Positions 28,750 to 38,932 are shown, counted from the first letter of the stretch. The stretch: 56,984 bases of DNA from a virus (IMGVR_UViG_3300005326_000011:1-56984), one strand, 5' to 3'. Numbers and translations: made by a program. The notes: a model not told the origin generated them from the sequence alone.

Positions 28750-29163
28750 TTATTTTTCATAGCTTTTTAATAGAATTTCTAAGTCGGCGGTTGACCATTT
28801 TACTGGACTTTCGGCTCTTACCCTTAGTGCTTCGTAGCCCTTTTTTCCGAGCTTTTTTAGCATGTAATCTCGATACTCTCCCATTTTTTCCTTTTCGAAA
28901 ATGTGTAAATGACACCCGAGGCACACGCAATCGAGATTGTCTGCGTCGAAGCGAACTGATAGTCGCTTTCTTGACCAGAAGTGGCTTGTTGTTAGTGCCT
29001 TTATTGACCCGCACCTGACGCACTTTCCTCGACCTCTTATAATTTTTGATACGACTGTGTCTAACTCTTTTATTAACAGCTTTCTTTGGCTTTTTGGCGA
29101 CTTGAAGTACTTTAGATGTTTTTTTTGAAGTTTTTCTGGTTTTGGAAAGGATTGATGTGTCAT
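28750..29163 (-). CDS. NinG/Rap-like recombination endonuclease
   Basis: KELDTVVSKIIR..KCVRCG..SHFWSR..VRFD.DN..CLGCH. Confidence 0.75.
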   Translation of the reverse strand: MTHQSFPKPEKLQKKHLKYFKSPKSQRKLLIKELDTVVSKIIRGRGKCVRCGSIKALTTSHFWSRKRLSVRFDADNLDCVCLGCHLHIFEKEKMGEYRDYMLKKLGKKGYEALRVRAESPVKWSTADLEILLKSYEK

Positions 29164-30139
29164 ATACTTGGGCCGAATTGTCTATAAAATTATATACCAC
29201 TATACGCATTTATTTATCTTTAATTTTTAATGTTTATTTATACATTTAGAACAATATTTAACATGACATGGACATTCACATAGTCCCCAATCATGGTCTC
29301 TATTATCAGAGCATTGTTTACATTCAGATGCTTTGGTTATTAATTTATCTCTAAAATCGGTAAGATACATCATAGTTTCAAGTTCCATTCTTATTTTTAA
29401 TGATTTAATTTGTTTACATTTAGGTGGTTAATAGAACTTTTACAATAACCACATTGTCCACGAATAAAAGTTCCACTTAATTTAGTTAGATTAACCCAGC
29501 TTTTATGGCAAGAACAGTATAGTTTATCTTGTCTCTTGTGTAGTTTAGGTTTCATTTAATATGGTAATATCTTTTAAAACATTTATCAATTCCTTAGAAT
29601 TAGTTATTCTAATATCTACCTTTTGTGTACTCATACTAAAATATTAAATTTATAATAATATCTGTCTGAAAAATCCAATTGTAGTTCCCCATGTCAATTG
29701 TTCAAGCAAAAAAACAACTAAATTTGTTTCAATCATTGGTTCTTTTTTTAAATACAATTTCCCTAATATTAATTCTAATGTTTGTTTGGAACTCATTTTA
29801 TATAATTTTTCATTTCCCATTCTCATTGAAGGTATTAATTTACCTTTTTTATTTATTTGTCTTTCAATAATTGAAAAAATTAATTCACCAGTTATTAATT
29901 TTTTCATTTGATGATTATTTATATAGGGAATTATTTTCATATTTTTATAGCCTTAAAATAGTAATCATATAATCTTCTTCTCGTTGTCCACATTTTTTTA
30001 GATATATCATCATATTTATGATGACATTTTTTACAGAGTGGGATATAGTCATTCAAGTCTCTTTTAGCTTTATGAGATATACTTGCCCATTCTATTCGTT
30101 TTATATCTTCTCTTTCCCTATTAGTTTATTCATATAAGT

Positions 30140-30394
30140 TTAGAATTTATAAATCTTTCCTTTATGCTTAAAACTTGTTAATGTTGGCAAATATTCTTCT
30201 CCAACTATATAGACTTTACCGAATAATGTTTTATAAAATACAGCCACATTTCTTTTATCTGTAATTGTAGTATCAATCGCCACATAACAAGGAATAAAAA
30301 ATAATAAAAACTTTTCCCACAACTTAAAACCAACAGCCTTTCTAATATAGGCTGGATTAAAATATGGATTTCCGTATTTTACTAACTTATTCAT
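30140..30394 (-). CDS. Hypothetical protein
   Basis: ORF in the minus-strand operon. Confidence 0.5.
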   Translation of the reverse strand: MNKLVKYGNPYFNPAYIRKAVGFKLWEKFLLFFIPCYVAIDTTITDKRNVAVFYKTLFGKVYIVGEEYLPTLTSFKHKGKIYKF

Positions 30395-30397
30395 ATC

Positions 30398-30733
30398 CTA
30401 TTCTCCTAAAATGTTATTTAATATTTCCTTGCGACATTGATAAATTAAAAAATTTGTTAATTTTTCAATATCCATACCTAAAGTAGCAATTCGTAATTCA
30501 CTTAAAGGTTTCCCATATTCACCTATAATCCCTGTAATAAACCTAAATGCTTTATCATAAAATTTCTTATCAATCTCTTTAGATTCCTCTTCAATCAACT
30601 TAGTTACCTCTTGGCGGAGGAAGTCATTGATTTCTTCTTTTGCTGGAGTTCCAATAGCTAAATAATCACCATAACTAATAGATACTTGTTCAAATTTCTC
30701 ATCAAATTTTGATAACAGGTCATTAAGTGTCAT
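30398..30733 (-). CDS. Hypothetical protein
   Basis: ORF in the minus-strand operon. Confidence 0.55.
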   Translation of the reverse strand: MTLNDLLSKFDEKFEQVSISYGDYLAIGTPAKEEINDFLRQEVTKLIEEESKEIDKKFYDKAFRFITGIIGEYGKPLSELRIATLGMDIEKLTNFLIYQCRKEILNNILGE

Positions 30734-30748
30734 AGGTTATTTAAACTT

Positions 30749-31054
30749 TTATTCTGCAATAACTCCAAGTGCGGTTAAGAAATCATTAATTTGTTCCTTT
30801 TTAATCTTGGTTGTTCCACCTTTACCATAGAATTTAGCATTTTGTAATTCTGCTTCACGAAGGTCTGCTCCATAAAGGTTTGCTTCACGAAGGTCTGCTT
30901 CTTCAACCGCTTCTTTTAATGTAAGCTTGTCGCTTTCATATAAAACACTACCTGTTTTAGATAATATTTGTAACTTCTTAGAGGTTTTTGTTTCCTCCTC
31001 ATTAACGTATTTTTTTAGCTCCTCGATTTTATCAAGAGCCTTTTGTTTGGTCAT
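30749..31054 (-). CDS. Short pentapeptide-repeat protein
   Basis: ADLRE ANLYG ADLRE AELQN AKF. Confidence 0.7.
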   Translation of the reverse strand: MTKQKALDKIEELKKYVNEEETKTSKKLQILSKTGSVLYESDKLTLKEAVEEADLREANLYGADLREAELQNAKFYGKGGTTKIKKEQINDFLTALGVIAE

Positions 31055-31144
31055 TATATTAAAATATTAAATTTATAATAATCACTCCCGCTATTATTCC
31101 AATTAGTAACCACATTATTACATCAAGGGTGTTATTGGTCATAT

Positions 31145-31537
31145 CTATTTAGCGGAATTTTTAACTTTTACTATTGTAATTACTTGTTTGTTTTTAGTGA
31201 TTATAATAAATCTGCTACCATTTATTAATTTTTTAATTTCCCCGCTTCCTCCGACTATTAAAGAAGCATGTTTAATAATTTCTTTTTTAATTGCTTCTAT
31301 GTCTATTTTTTTTACTCTTTCTAAATATCTTAAAATAGCATGTTCAGTAACAGGTTCTATATTTTCTCTTTTAGCTTCATTTATTTGAAATTGTAAGTTT
31401 TGTATTTTTTTGTTTATTTCTCTTTGCTGACTTTGTTTGATAATTACTTCTTCATTAAGAGCTTGACGTTCCGCTAAAGTTTTATCAAGCAATGTTTGTA
31501 ATGATTTTAGGCTAAATTTATTTACTTTAGTTTTCAT
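31145..31537 (-). CDS. Coiled-coil hypothetical protein
   Basis: Coiled coil followed by VTEHAILRYLERV. Confidence 0.55.
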   Translation of the reverse strand: MKTKVNKFSLKSLQTLLDKTLAERQALNEEVIIKQSQQREINKKIQNLQFQINEAKRENIEPVTEHAILRYLERVKKIDIEAIKKEIIKHASLIVGGSGEIKKLINGSRFIIITKNKQVITIVKVKNSAK

Positions 31538-32037
31538 AGGCTATATGCTCCTGCACTATATATTAATAAACACTCTCCTATACTATTACACCATGGCATT
31601 TTTTTATGACTTAATCTATTATCAAGCCATAGATAAAATGTTTCTTCTTGTTCTTTTCTATTTTTAAAACAATAATTATCAGGCGGTGCATAACCTATCT
31701 CATTTATCATTCCTTTTGTTAAACAATATCCGTTCAGCCCAGTTTTATCATTTCCTCGCCCACTTTCACTTAACCAAACCTTATCATATGCTTTTTTATA
31801 GATTTCAGAAACTAAGGGAGTAGGTGTTAAAGTTGGCGTTATTTTAATTGTAGATACCCCTAATTTCGCTTTTGGCGTGGGTGATGGCGTGTTTGACCTA
31901 CGACACACTAAACAGCGGAATTTGACAGTAAATGGTACTTGCACAAAGTAGCGGTCAACAAAGGCGTAAAATGCTATTAAAAACAGCGTACTTAGAATTA
32001 GTTTCCAAAATATTTTGTTTTTAAGTATGTTTTTCAT
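31534..32037 (-). CDS. Membrane-anchored protein with Pro/Thr linker; possible lysozyme-like fold
   Basis: N-terminal TM, TPTLTPTP linker, VWLSESG. Confidence 0.45.
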   Translation of the reverse strand: MKNILKNKIFWKLILSTLFLIAFYAFVDRYFVQVPFTVKFRCLVCRRSNTPSPTPKAKLGVSTIKITPTLTPTPLVSEIYKKAYDKVWLSESGRGNDKTGLNGYCLTKGMINEIGYAPPDNYCFKNRKEQEETFYLWLDNRLSHKKMPWCNSIGECLLIYSAGAYSL

Positions 32038-32039
32038 AA

Positions 32040-33299
32040 TTAGTACTCCTTATTAAATCTAACCTCAACTGGTAATCCAAACGAGCCATTTTTCGCTTCA
32101 CGACAGGTCTTTGCTCTTGTTTCTATAAAATACTCACGGCCTGTTGGACAATAAACATGTAGGAAATAAAATGGTGTATTAAAGACTTTAGTTTGAAGTT
32201 CGTAAATCTTCATTGTTTTACCCATCTCATCTACTTCTTTACTAATTACTTTTAGTCCTTTCATTTTCTTAATCTTTATCTTATCCATCATTTTCCATGC
32301 AATACGTCTTTGCTCTATGTTTTTAATTTTAGTTAGTATATAGGCAGGTGTTAGTTTGTCTTTAATAATGTTATTAAATAATTTTTTATCTATAAATGGT
32401 ATTCCGTGTATATAATATTGACCATATCCATCAGGCCATTCAATTGCCATTTCTTTAGTATTATGTAATCTGTTTTCATTATCTCTTGTTATTTTTATTG
32501 GCATATCAGACACAATACATACTTTTTCCAGTTGTATCATTTTGTATACTCCACTTTTTAAAAGAAAAACAAAATTATTAAATAAATCTAATTTAACTAC
32601 CCCTAATTTTTTAAAGTATTCATAAAAAGCAACCCATCCATAATCCCAAACATTGCCATAAGAGGAAAAACTAAAAAATTCAAGTTTTTGGCTCCCAACT
32701 TGGCTCTCAACTTGGCTCTCAACTTGGCTCCAAACTTGGCTCCAAACTTGGCTCCCAACTTGGCTCTCAACTTGGCTCTCAACTTGGCTCTCAACTTGGC
32801 TCCTAACTTGGCTCCAAACTTGGCTCCAAACTTGGCTCCAAACTTGGCTCCCAACTTGGCTCCAAACTTGGCTCCAAACTTGGCTCCCAACTTGGCTCCC
32901 AACTTGGCTCTCAACTTGGCTATCAACTTGGCTCTCAACTTGGCTCCTAACTTGGCTCCAAACTTGGCTCCCAACTTGGCTCTCAACTTGGCTCCAAACT
33001 TGGCTCTCAACTTGGCTCTCAACTTGGCTCCTAACTTGGCTCCTAACTTGGCTCCAAACTTGGCTCCTAACTTGGCTCCCTGTATTTTTAATCATATTAG
33101 AACCATATTGAACGGCCAGTGGGGACGAAAGGAAAATAATAAGTGGTTTTTTAAATCCAGCTAATTCATATAGCCAATTTATATATTTGGTCGCTTCTTT
33201 CCTATTGGTTCGTAATTTACAATTAAATAATCTATCTAACCATTCTTGTTTTACTTCATCCATTAATTTTATTTGTTTAGTAGTAAGTTTATTTATCAT
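32040..33299 (-). CDS. DUF6745-like protein with an SQVx tandem repeat
   Basis: N-terminal LTTKQ..EW, SSPLA, RLHN...[14 protein letters not shown] and NIEQRR. Confidence 0.75.
   Translation of the reverse strand: MINKLTTKQIKLMDEVKQEWLDRLFNCKLRTNRKEATKYINWLYELAGFKKPLIIFLSSPLAVQYGSNMIKNTGSQVRSQVWSQVRSQVRSQVESQVESQVWSQVESQVGSQVWSQVRSQVESQVDSQVESQVGSQVGSQVWSQVWSQVGSQVWSQVWSQVWSQVRSQVESQVESQVESQVGSQVWSQVWSQVESQVESQVGSQKLEFFSFSSYGNVWDYGWVAFYEYFKKLGVVKLDLFNNFVFLLKSGVYKMIQLEKVCIVSDMPIKITRDNENRLHNTKEMAIEWPDGYGQYYIHGIPFIDKKLFNNIIKDKLTPAYILTKIKNIEQRRIAWKMMDKIKIKKMKGLKVISKEVDEMGKTMKIYELQTKVFNTPFYFLHVYCPTGREYFIETRAKTCREAKNGSFGLPVEVRFNKEY
32688..33080. repeat. Coding 12-bp tandem repeat, ~33 units
   Basis: Minus-strand unit AGCCAAGTT followed by a variable codon (TGG/GAG/GGG/AGG/GAT). 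Confidence 0.95.
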
Positions 33300-33304
33300 A
33301 GTTT

Positions 33305-33610
33305 TTAATCAATAACGGGTTTCATGCCCTCATGAGTAACTTCTAATTGCTTTCTAATTTCATAAATGCCAGACTTTATTGCTACCCCTTTTGGCGAGTG
33401 TTCAACGTGATATAACTTTGCTCCCGTTTTTGCTTTTAGATATCCGATAATAAAATCACCCTCTTTTTTAAAGTAGATATCACAATTAACGGCTGTGTGG
33501 TCGTTTCCATGTGAACCCTTTTCAATAAGATTACCTTTTGACTTTTTTAAGCCAGTTGGTAATTTGTTAATCTTGACAAACGTAATGTCTCCGTGCCTTA
33601 TATATTTCAT
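33305..33610 (-). CDS. Conserved phage protein that commonly neighbours DUF6745 genes
   Basis: RHGD, GSHGNDH, HVEH and GIYEIRKQLE motifs. Confidence 0.65.
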   Translation of the reverse strand: MKYIRHGDITFVKINKLPTGLKKSKGNLIEKGSHGNDHTAVNCDIYFKKEGDFIIGYLKAKTGAKLYHVEHSPKGVAIKSGIYEIRKQLEVTHEGMKPVID

Positions 33611-33722
33611 AAATTTATTTAATTTGTAACTGCACAACTGTAACAGACTTCATTTTTAACACTTCTTTTCTTAATTACCTCCGCACACTTACAGCAAATT
33701 GTTATTTTAGTATAGTTTTTTT

Positions 33723-34019
33723 TCATATATTTTTAATTTTTATTAAATATTTTTCTACTTCTTTAGTTGTTAAATAACCTATTACATCATAAGTTATTTT
33801 AGTATCATAACAAATTATAAAATCATCTATTCCTTTTCCCATCCATTTAATTACTGCTAATTCCCATTCTAATTCGTTTCTTGTATAAGAAGCATATATA
33901 TCACCAATTTTATTTCTTACAACTGACGCTCCATAACCGTTTTTAAATCTATATAGTTTTTGAATACCATTACCTGTTGGATGTTTTATTTCTAAAAGTG
34001 GTTTTATATTTTTTTTCAT
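33723..34019 (-). CDS. Conserved phage hypothetical protein
   Basis: YRFKNGYGASVV...WELAVI pattern. Confidence 0.6.
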   Translation of the reverse strand: MKKNIKPLLEIKHPTGNGIQKLYRFKNGYGASVVRNKIGDIYASYTRNELEWELAVIKWMGKGIDDFIICYDTKITYDVIGYLTTKEVEKYLIKIKNI

Positions 34020-34507
34020 ATTTTTTTAAAAAATGTTTCTAATATGTATCTAACTAGGTTTCCATTTGATACGTTTTTTTTAGTAGCTTCAATATTTAGT
34101 CTTTTAAAGGTTCTTTCGTCTAATATAAATGTATATCTTTTTTGTTTACCTGGTGACAACTTAATTAATTTATATTTTTTTGGTTTTATTGGAGCTTTTT
34201 TAATAAAATTAATATGTTTTCTTCCTTTATGTTTTTTATAATGACATTTATGACATAATTTTTCTAAATTAGACATATCGTCATTTAAATTATTAAAATC
34301 TTTGTGATGTAAAAGAACTGCATTATTATTACAATTTTCACATTTACCCATATTTCTATATTTATTTTTTCTACTTCTTTTACCAGTATTTTTATATTTC
34401 ATAATTATTTGATGTATTCTTTGTCTTGTAACTCCAGTTTGTAAAGCTATTTGTTGAAATCCAAATCCTTGATTTTTTAATTCTAAAACTAATTCTTTAT
34501 TTATCAT
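34016..34507 (-). CDS. HTH-HNH-RHH-like endonuclease
   Basis: FQQIA..GVTRQRIHQI, CENC, HHKDFN..N..SNLEKLCHKCH; own promoter TTGACA-N17-TAATAT at 34543-34515. Confidence 0.8.
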   Translation of the reverse strand: MINKELVLELKNQGFGFQQIALQTGVTRQRIHQIIMKYKNTGKRSRKNKYRNMGKCENCNNNAVLLHHKDFNNLNDDMSNLEKLCHKCHYKKHKGRKHINFIKKAPIKPKKYKLIKLSPGKQKRYTFILDERTFKRLNIEATKKNVSNGNLVRYILETFFKKI

Positions 34508-34670
34508 ATATCTTATATTAACAAATAACTTTACATTTGTCAAGTACTATTTACTTAGTAATATGTAGTGTGTATGTATTATTGAAGAAGTATGGCGATA
34601 AAAAACAAAATGGCATAGATTATTACTACTCCAAAAAATATTCCAAATATTAGTTCAATTCCAGCTATTA

Positions 34671-35003
34671 TCATATTAGTTTTTTTTGTACTCCCATTTG
34701 TAATTTTTTCCATGCATCAAGCATTTTTAAACGACCATCACCCGTCCACTCATCAATCTTAATTATGGGTTTCCATTCAAAATCGTATAAATGATAAGTA
34801 TCTCCTTTTTTAATATACATATCAGACCTTTGAGCTAAATGAGGCATTTGATCGCAAGTATATGGAGTTTTTGAATTAACAATCATCTTTTGTTTATTAT
34901 ATTCAACTTCAATGCTTTGCCCCGTTTTTTTAGCAAACTCAACTATAAATGAGCGAACAGATATCTTGCCCTGCCAAAGTTTTAAAGATTTATATTTCAT
35001 CAT
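34671..35003 (-). CDS. Hypothetical protein
   Basis: Coupled ORF. Confidence 0.55.
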   Translation of the reverse strand: MMKYKSLKLWQGKISVRSFIVEFAKKTGQSIEVEYNKQKMIVNSKTPYTCDQMPHLAQRSDMYIKKGDTYHLYDFEWKPIIKIDEWTGDGRLKMLDAWKKLQMGVQKKLI

Positions 35004-35290
35004 AGTAAATTTCTTTTAACTAATCTTTTAACAACTCTTTTTATTGTGTGTTTTTTAAGTTCTTTTAATATATCTAAAAAGTCAAGACCGTCTTTTGAAT
35101 AAACTCTCCACATCTTCTTTTTAACTTCTTTTTTTGAGGGAATTGGAATAATTAAATCTTTCTCCCAACGAACAATTGATTGGCGGTTGCATGGATATCC
35201 GTGTTCTTTAAGAAATTCAATTAAATCATCAGTTGTTAACCACTTCTCACGAAGTATTAAAATATCTTTATGTTGGAATTTAGCCTTCAT
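35000..35290 (-). CDS. MerR/excisionase-like HTH protein
   Basis: NRQSIVRWEK..IIP.P....WRVYS. Confidence 0.6.
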   Translation of the reverse strand: MKAKFQHKDILILREKWLTTDDLIEFLKEHGYPCNRQSIVRWEKDLIIPIPSKKEVKKKMWRVYSKDGLDFLDILKELKKHTIKRVVKRLVKRNLL

Positions 35291-35717
35291 ACTCTTCGTT
35301 AAAATTACTAACTTTTTGCTTACCTGCTAAATATTCCTGTTTTTTTTTCTCGGCATCAACTAAATTCTTACCCCATGCTATAAAATCACATCCTGAAGAT
35401 GTTTTGGTTGCAAAATCAAACTTTGAATTCTCACATTTACAAATATCTTTACCAGTTTTAGTTAAGATATGAAATAATCGACCACCGTCTTTTGGACAAA
35501 CATCACCTGTCCATTCTTTATCTTTTTTAGGTGGAAATCCCATACCTCTTTTTGGTTTTAAATCATGCTTATTCATTAAGGCAACCATTTTCTCAAATAA
35601 TGGAACTGCTCTATCAAACATTAAATCTGCATTAACTAAGTCTTCTGAAAGATAAGAAATTGTAAATTTACCATCAGTACTAAGAAACACATTGAAATCT
35701 TTTTCTTGTTTTGTCAT
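35280..35717 (-). CDS. Hypothetical protein with Zn-ribbon
   Basis: CPKDGG..CKC..GCDF; upstream promoter TTGACA..TGTTATACT near 35748-35770. Confidence 0.55.
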   Translation of the reverse strand: MTKQEKDFNVFLSTDGKFTISYLSEDLVNADLMFDRAVPLFEKMVALMNKHDLKPKRGMGFPPKKDKEWTGDVCPKDGGRLFHILTKTGKDICKCENSKFDFATKTSSGCDFIAWGKNLVDAEKKKQEYLAGKQKVSNFNEEYEG

Positions 35718-36052
35718 AAGTATATTAAATTATAATAATAATAGTATAACATATTAGTAAGTATTTGTCAAATATATATATAAATATAAAACTATATCAT
35801 AATTCAGACAAGATATTTCCTATATATAGTTTCAAGATTGATTGTAAGGCTTAATCCTCAATCTTTTATTTGTAGTTCTTAAAGGGTTTCTCACATTGTG
35901 GAGTATCACCTTTAGTCAAGGTTCGCCTACAAAAACGATTATTCAGCATAAGGGAGTATTTATTCGCCATACTCCAGGCATACCTCTACTTACCCCCGCT
36001 TTTATTTTAACTCCTGCAGTTGTTGGAGTCCTATGGGTAGCTGTCGCTGTAG

Positions 36053-36403
36053 TTAGGTTACGGGATTGTATTCCCGAGCAATCCATTGTAATTTTATTTT
36101 CTTTTTATTAATTAAATACTTATTAGCAATTGCAATTAGATATAGTCGAGGTTCGTTTGATTTTCCATTATTTGAAAGACCAATTGCAATTTGAGAGTCA
36201 GAGCAGATAATGTCATTTTTCTTAGCAAGAGTTAGAGCATGAAAAATCGCTAACATTTCCGCTTCATTATTTGTAAGAGAGTTTTTTGTATAAGGGATAG
36301 TAATAACTTTTTCTTTTATTTTAAGAAGTGAATAACCAGAATTAGCAAAAACGCCACCAATTCCGTTTAATCCGTCTAAATGTCCGTCAGTATATATTTG
36401 CAT
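36053..36403 (-). CDS. RNase HI-like protein
   Basis: IYTDG, TNNEAE, ICSDSQ and WIARE.N; the usual fourth Asp is missing. Confidence 0.8.
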   Translation of the reverse strand: MQIYTDGHLDGLNGIGGVFANSGYSLLKIKEKVITIPYTKNSLTNNEAEMLAIFHALTLAKKNDIICSDSQIAIGLSNNGKSNEPRLYLIAIANKYLINKKKIKLQWIAREYNPVT

Positions 36404-36586
36404 AAAAAAAGGCGCTTAGTCCTCTGTGCCTGTGTTCAGCCAGAACACAGAGAATTAAACACCTTTTATACTTGCTGAACCAAGTCTACTAATCATCGTC
36501 CCTCTTAAAGCTCCACTCAGTATTAACTAAATGGAAATCTAAAATGACGATATATAAATTTACCACACTCTACTTTATTTTGTCAA
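36404..36586 (-). promoter_or_regulatory. Promoter and structured attenuator-like leader of the RNase H gene
   Basis: TTGACA-N18-TAAATT; stems ATCGTC/GACGAT and GTTCAGC/GCTGAAC; long hairpin plus U7 directly before the ATG. Confidence 0.6.
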
Positions 36587-36592
36587 GCGTAT

Positions 36593-37141
36593 TTATTGTA
36601 AAAGTCCATTTTGACTAAAATAATCATATATCTCAGGTGCTACACTCTCAATGAGGTTGGTTGCTTTCTCAAGTTCTTCTTGTCCATTCCATAGCATTGA
36701 CCAGTTAGAAGTCTTTTCATATTGGTTATAGTGAAGAAGATAGGCTTTTTCAACTTCAATACCCGCATGTTTCATAGCAAGAAAGTAAAAAGGTATCTGA
36801 TCAGTTCCAATCCAGTTATTTGATTCAGATGTTCCAGTTTTAAATTCATAAAGAGATGGTGCATCAAGGCAGTCGATGACAATAGACAAATCATATCTAT
36901 CATTGTATGGAATTAACATTTTATGTTCAGTAAGTGGAGCTGTAAGTTCAAACTTTGGAAAAAACGGCGGAAGAGACTTGCTTGATTTTATATACTCTTC
37001 AATTTCTTTATGAATACGTTTCCCATCTTCCATTGCTTTATTAGTTGGTAGGGGTTGATGAAGATAGAGTTTAACAGCGTCATCTATTCGTCCTTTACTC
37101 CAAACGCTCATTAAACTATACGATAGCCGAAGTTTTTTCAT
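36593..37141 (-). CDS. PD-(D/E)XK exonuclease (RecB/Cas4-like)
   Basis: LSYS, GKRIH, E..IDCLD..YEFKTG and Q..FY. Confidence 0.75.
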   Translation of the reverse strand: MKKLRLSYSLMSVWSKGRIDDAVKLYLHQPLPTNKAMEDGKRIHKEIEEYIKSSKSLPPFFPKFELTAPLTEHKMLIPYNDRYDLSIVIDCLDAPSLYEFKTGTSESNNWIGTDQIPFYFLAMKHAGIEVEKAYLLHYNQYEKTSNWSMLWNGQEELEKATNLIESVAPEIYDYFSQNGLLQ

Positions 37142-37276
37142 ATTTTTGCAAAATATACTTTATTTTTTTTATGTCTACTTTCTCTGAACATTTTAATAGC
37201 CTGAAATGTAGCTAATATCATTTTTTCTCCGCACTCTTTTTGCCAGTCAGAGCCATACTCAATTTCAAATATGTAT

Positions 37277-37717
37277 TTATCCTTGAGTTTTTTCATTGTT
37301 TTTGAGAGATAAACTTGTAGTACGTTTTCTTATATTAGCTTGAACTCCCAAGGGTAGTTGACCTTTCTCTTTCATAAACTCCTCAATCTTGTCAGTTACA
37401 GCCCTAAATTTAACCTCTTTTGTAGCAAAGCCATCTTCTGTAGCCTTTTCACCAGTTGAGGGGTCAATTGCATATTTATATCCATAAACTCTTGACATAG
37501 CTCTGGTTTTATTACCATTTATGGTTTTGAAATTTGGATCAATGCGACAGGCATCTTCCTCAATCTTATTTTTAGCATTATTTATAGCTTGTTCAATTAA
37601 GACCTGTAGGGTCAGGAGTTTATATAAATATTCATCAGCTTCTTTTTTAATAACTAAATTTCCAGCTTGTTTGCTAAATTCAATTATTTGGTCTGTATCA
37701 ATTGTGATTATAGCCAT
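37277..37717 (-). CDS. Hypothetical protein (Gp157/Gam-like coiled coil)
   Basis: Helical N-terminus and C-terminal LPLGV; next to the exonuclease. Confidence 0.4.
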   Translation of the reverse strand: MAIITIDTDQIIEFSKQAGNLVIKKEADEYLYKLLTLQVLIEQAINNAKNKIEEDACRIDPNFKTINGNKTRAMSRVYGYKYAIDPSTGEKATEDGFATKEVKFRAVTDKIEEFMKEKGQLPLGVQANIRKRTTSLSLKNNEKTQG

Positions 37718-37858
37718 ATTTAGTGTTTTTCCTCAATCCATTCAATATTTTCACGAGGAATATATAATTTTCTACCACTTTCAAACATTATTATCCAATG
37801 TTCTTCACGATTAAACATGTCTTTCTCAATCGTAAATACTTCTTCTTTGTTTTTTAAT

Positions 37859-38107
37859 TTAACTACGTATTTCATTTTGGATTAATTTTTCAATATCGTC
37901 TATATAATTTCTTATGTTTACTTCTGAAATTTCAGCGTCTTTTGAAACATTACTTATTGAAGCATGACCACGCTTGATTAGTTTATAGATTAGTAGTTTA
38001 TATCTTAGTGAATAGAGCATACTTAGTAAAGAGTGATATTTATTTAGAGCAGGTGGAATTGAGGCTACTATTTCATCAACTTTTATATCTGATATTTGAT
38101 CTTCCAT
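37859..38107 (-). CDS. Putative HTH regulator
   Basis: SISNVSKDAEISEVNIRNYI; leaderless promoter. Confidence 0.55.
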   Translation of the reverse strand: MEDQISDIKVDEIVASIPPALNKYHSLLSMLYSLRYKLLIYKLIKRGHASISNVSKDAEISEVNIRNYIDDIEKLIQNEIRS

Positions 38108-38113
38108 GAACTT

Positions 38114-38187
38114 ATTATAACATAAGTTACCAAAAAAGTCAAGAGTAAGGTTACTCGCTTGACAATGATTGGTTTATGTGTTAAATT
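38114..38187. promoter_or_regulatory. Back-to-back divergent sigma70 promoters
   Basis: Minus: TTGACT(38142)-N17-TATAAT. Plus: TTGACA(38159)-N17-TAAATT. Both TG-extended and leaderless. Confidence 0.75.
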
Positions 38188-38192
38188 TTGTT

Positions 38193-38399
38193 ATGGACTT
38201 AAATCAAATGATTAAACTTCATCAGGGGGATAAAGAGATAGAACTTCCACTTATAAACATTCTTCGTATTAATTTTATTCATATGAATAGACTTAAGGAA
38301 GAATGGCAAAAAGCAAATCAAGATAATAACGTGAATAATTTCTGGCTTTATTTAAAGCGTAAATTAGGAATAACTGAGGGGTCTAAAATTTTATTATAA
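38193..38399 (+). CDS. Hypothetical protein
   Basis: ATG just after the promoter. Confidence 0.55.
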   Translation: MDLNQMIKLHQGDKEIELPLINILRINFIHMNRLKEEWQKANQDNNVNNFWLYLKRKLGITEGSKILL

Positions 38400-38400
38400 T

Positions 38401-38709
38401 ATGGAAAATATAGAGAAACAAAAAGAGATATTGGTTAAATTCGCTGAGGCAATTAAAAATTTTCAAGAAGCACTTCGTTTAGCTGGAATGTCTGAAACGT
38501 CAATTTTATACAATACAATAAATCTTCCTGATTTTGATAAAATGTTACCTGACGATGTAATTAAGTTTTATCATCAAGTTAAGGAAATGGTTGTTTTATA
38601 TTTTAATAGTCTTTCATTGTCAAGGCGTGAAATTGAAAGACGGCTTGGGGCTCACTCAAGAGTTTATGTCAAAGAAGTTATTGATAAACAGAAAAAAATT
38701 ATAAGTTAA
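38401..38709 (+). CDS. Putative HTH protein
   Basis: LSRREIERRLG..SRVYVKEVI. Confidence 0.55.
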   Translation: MENIEKQKEILVKFAEAIKNFQEALRLAGMSETSILYNTINLPDFDKMLPDDVIKFYHQVKEMVVLYFNSLSLSRREIERRLGAHSRVYVKEVIDKQKKIIS

Positions 38710-38718
38710 TTTAATTCT

Positions 38719-38931
38719 ATGGCGAACGTATATGCAAGGTCATTACCTCTTGTTCCCTATAAAAGAATGTGTGATTTAAAAGCTCCAGGTCATAATCAAA
38801 TTATTATGCCCAATAAACCTGCTTATCAGATAACCTCAGGTATAGCTCAGGGGATTTATCATAATAGTAGATGTTATGATGTGGCACGGCGTCACTATGA
38901 AAAATTAAAAGCTCAGTTAAATTTAAAATAA
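38719..38931 (+). CDS. Hypothetical protein, possibly metal-binding
   Basis: C..H..YH..C pattern. Confidence 0.5.
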   Translation: MANVYARSLPLVPYKRMCDLKAPGHNQIIMPNKPAYQITSGIAQGIYHNSRCYDVARRHYEKLKAQLNLK

Positions 38932-38932
38932 C

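Noticed and set aside
28757-29209. Overlapping basic 150-aa ORF and + strand ORFs
   Set aside because: Alternative frames of the NinG-like gene with no recognisable motifs.
32603-33164. ORFs 32603-33022(-) and 32688-33164(+), and a possible CRISPR array
   Set aside because: These are shadow frames of the stop-free 12-bp coding repeat; there are no unique spacers and no cas operon.
35896-36111. 71-aa + strand ORF
   Set aside because: Opposes the local transcription direction, has no RBS or motif, and overlaps the RNase H gene.
36593-37141. Cas4 or CRISPR system
   Set aside because: Lacks the Fe-S cysteines and any array; better explained as an ordinary phage PD-(D/E)XK exonuclease.
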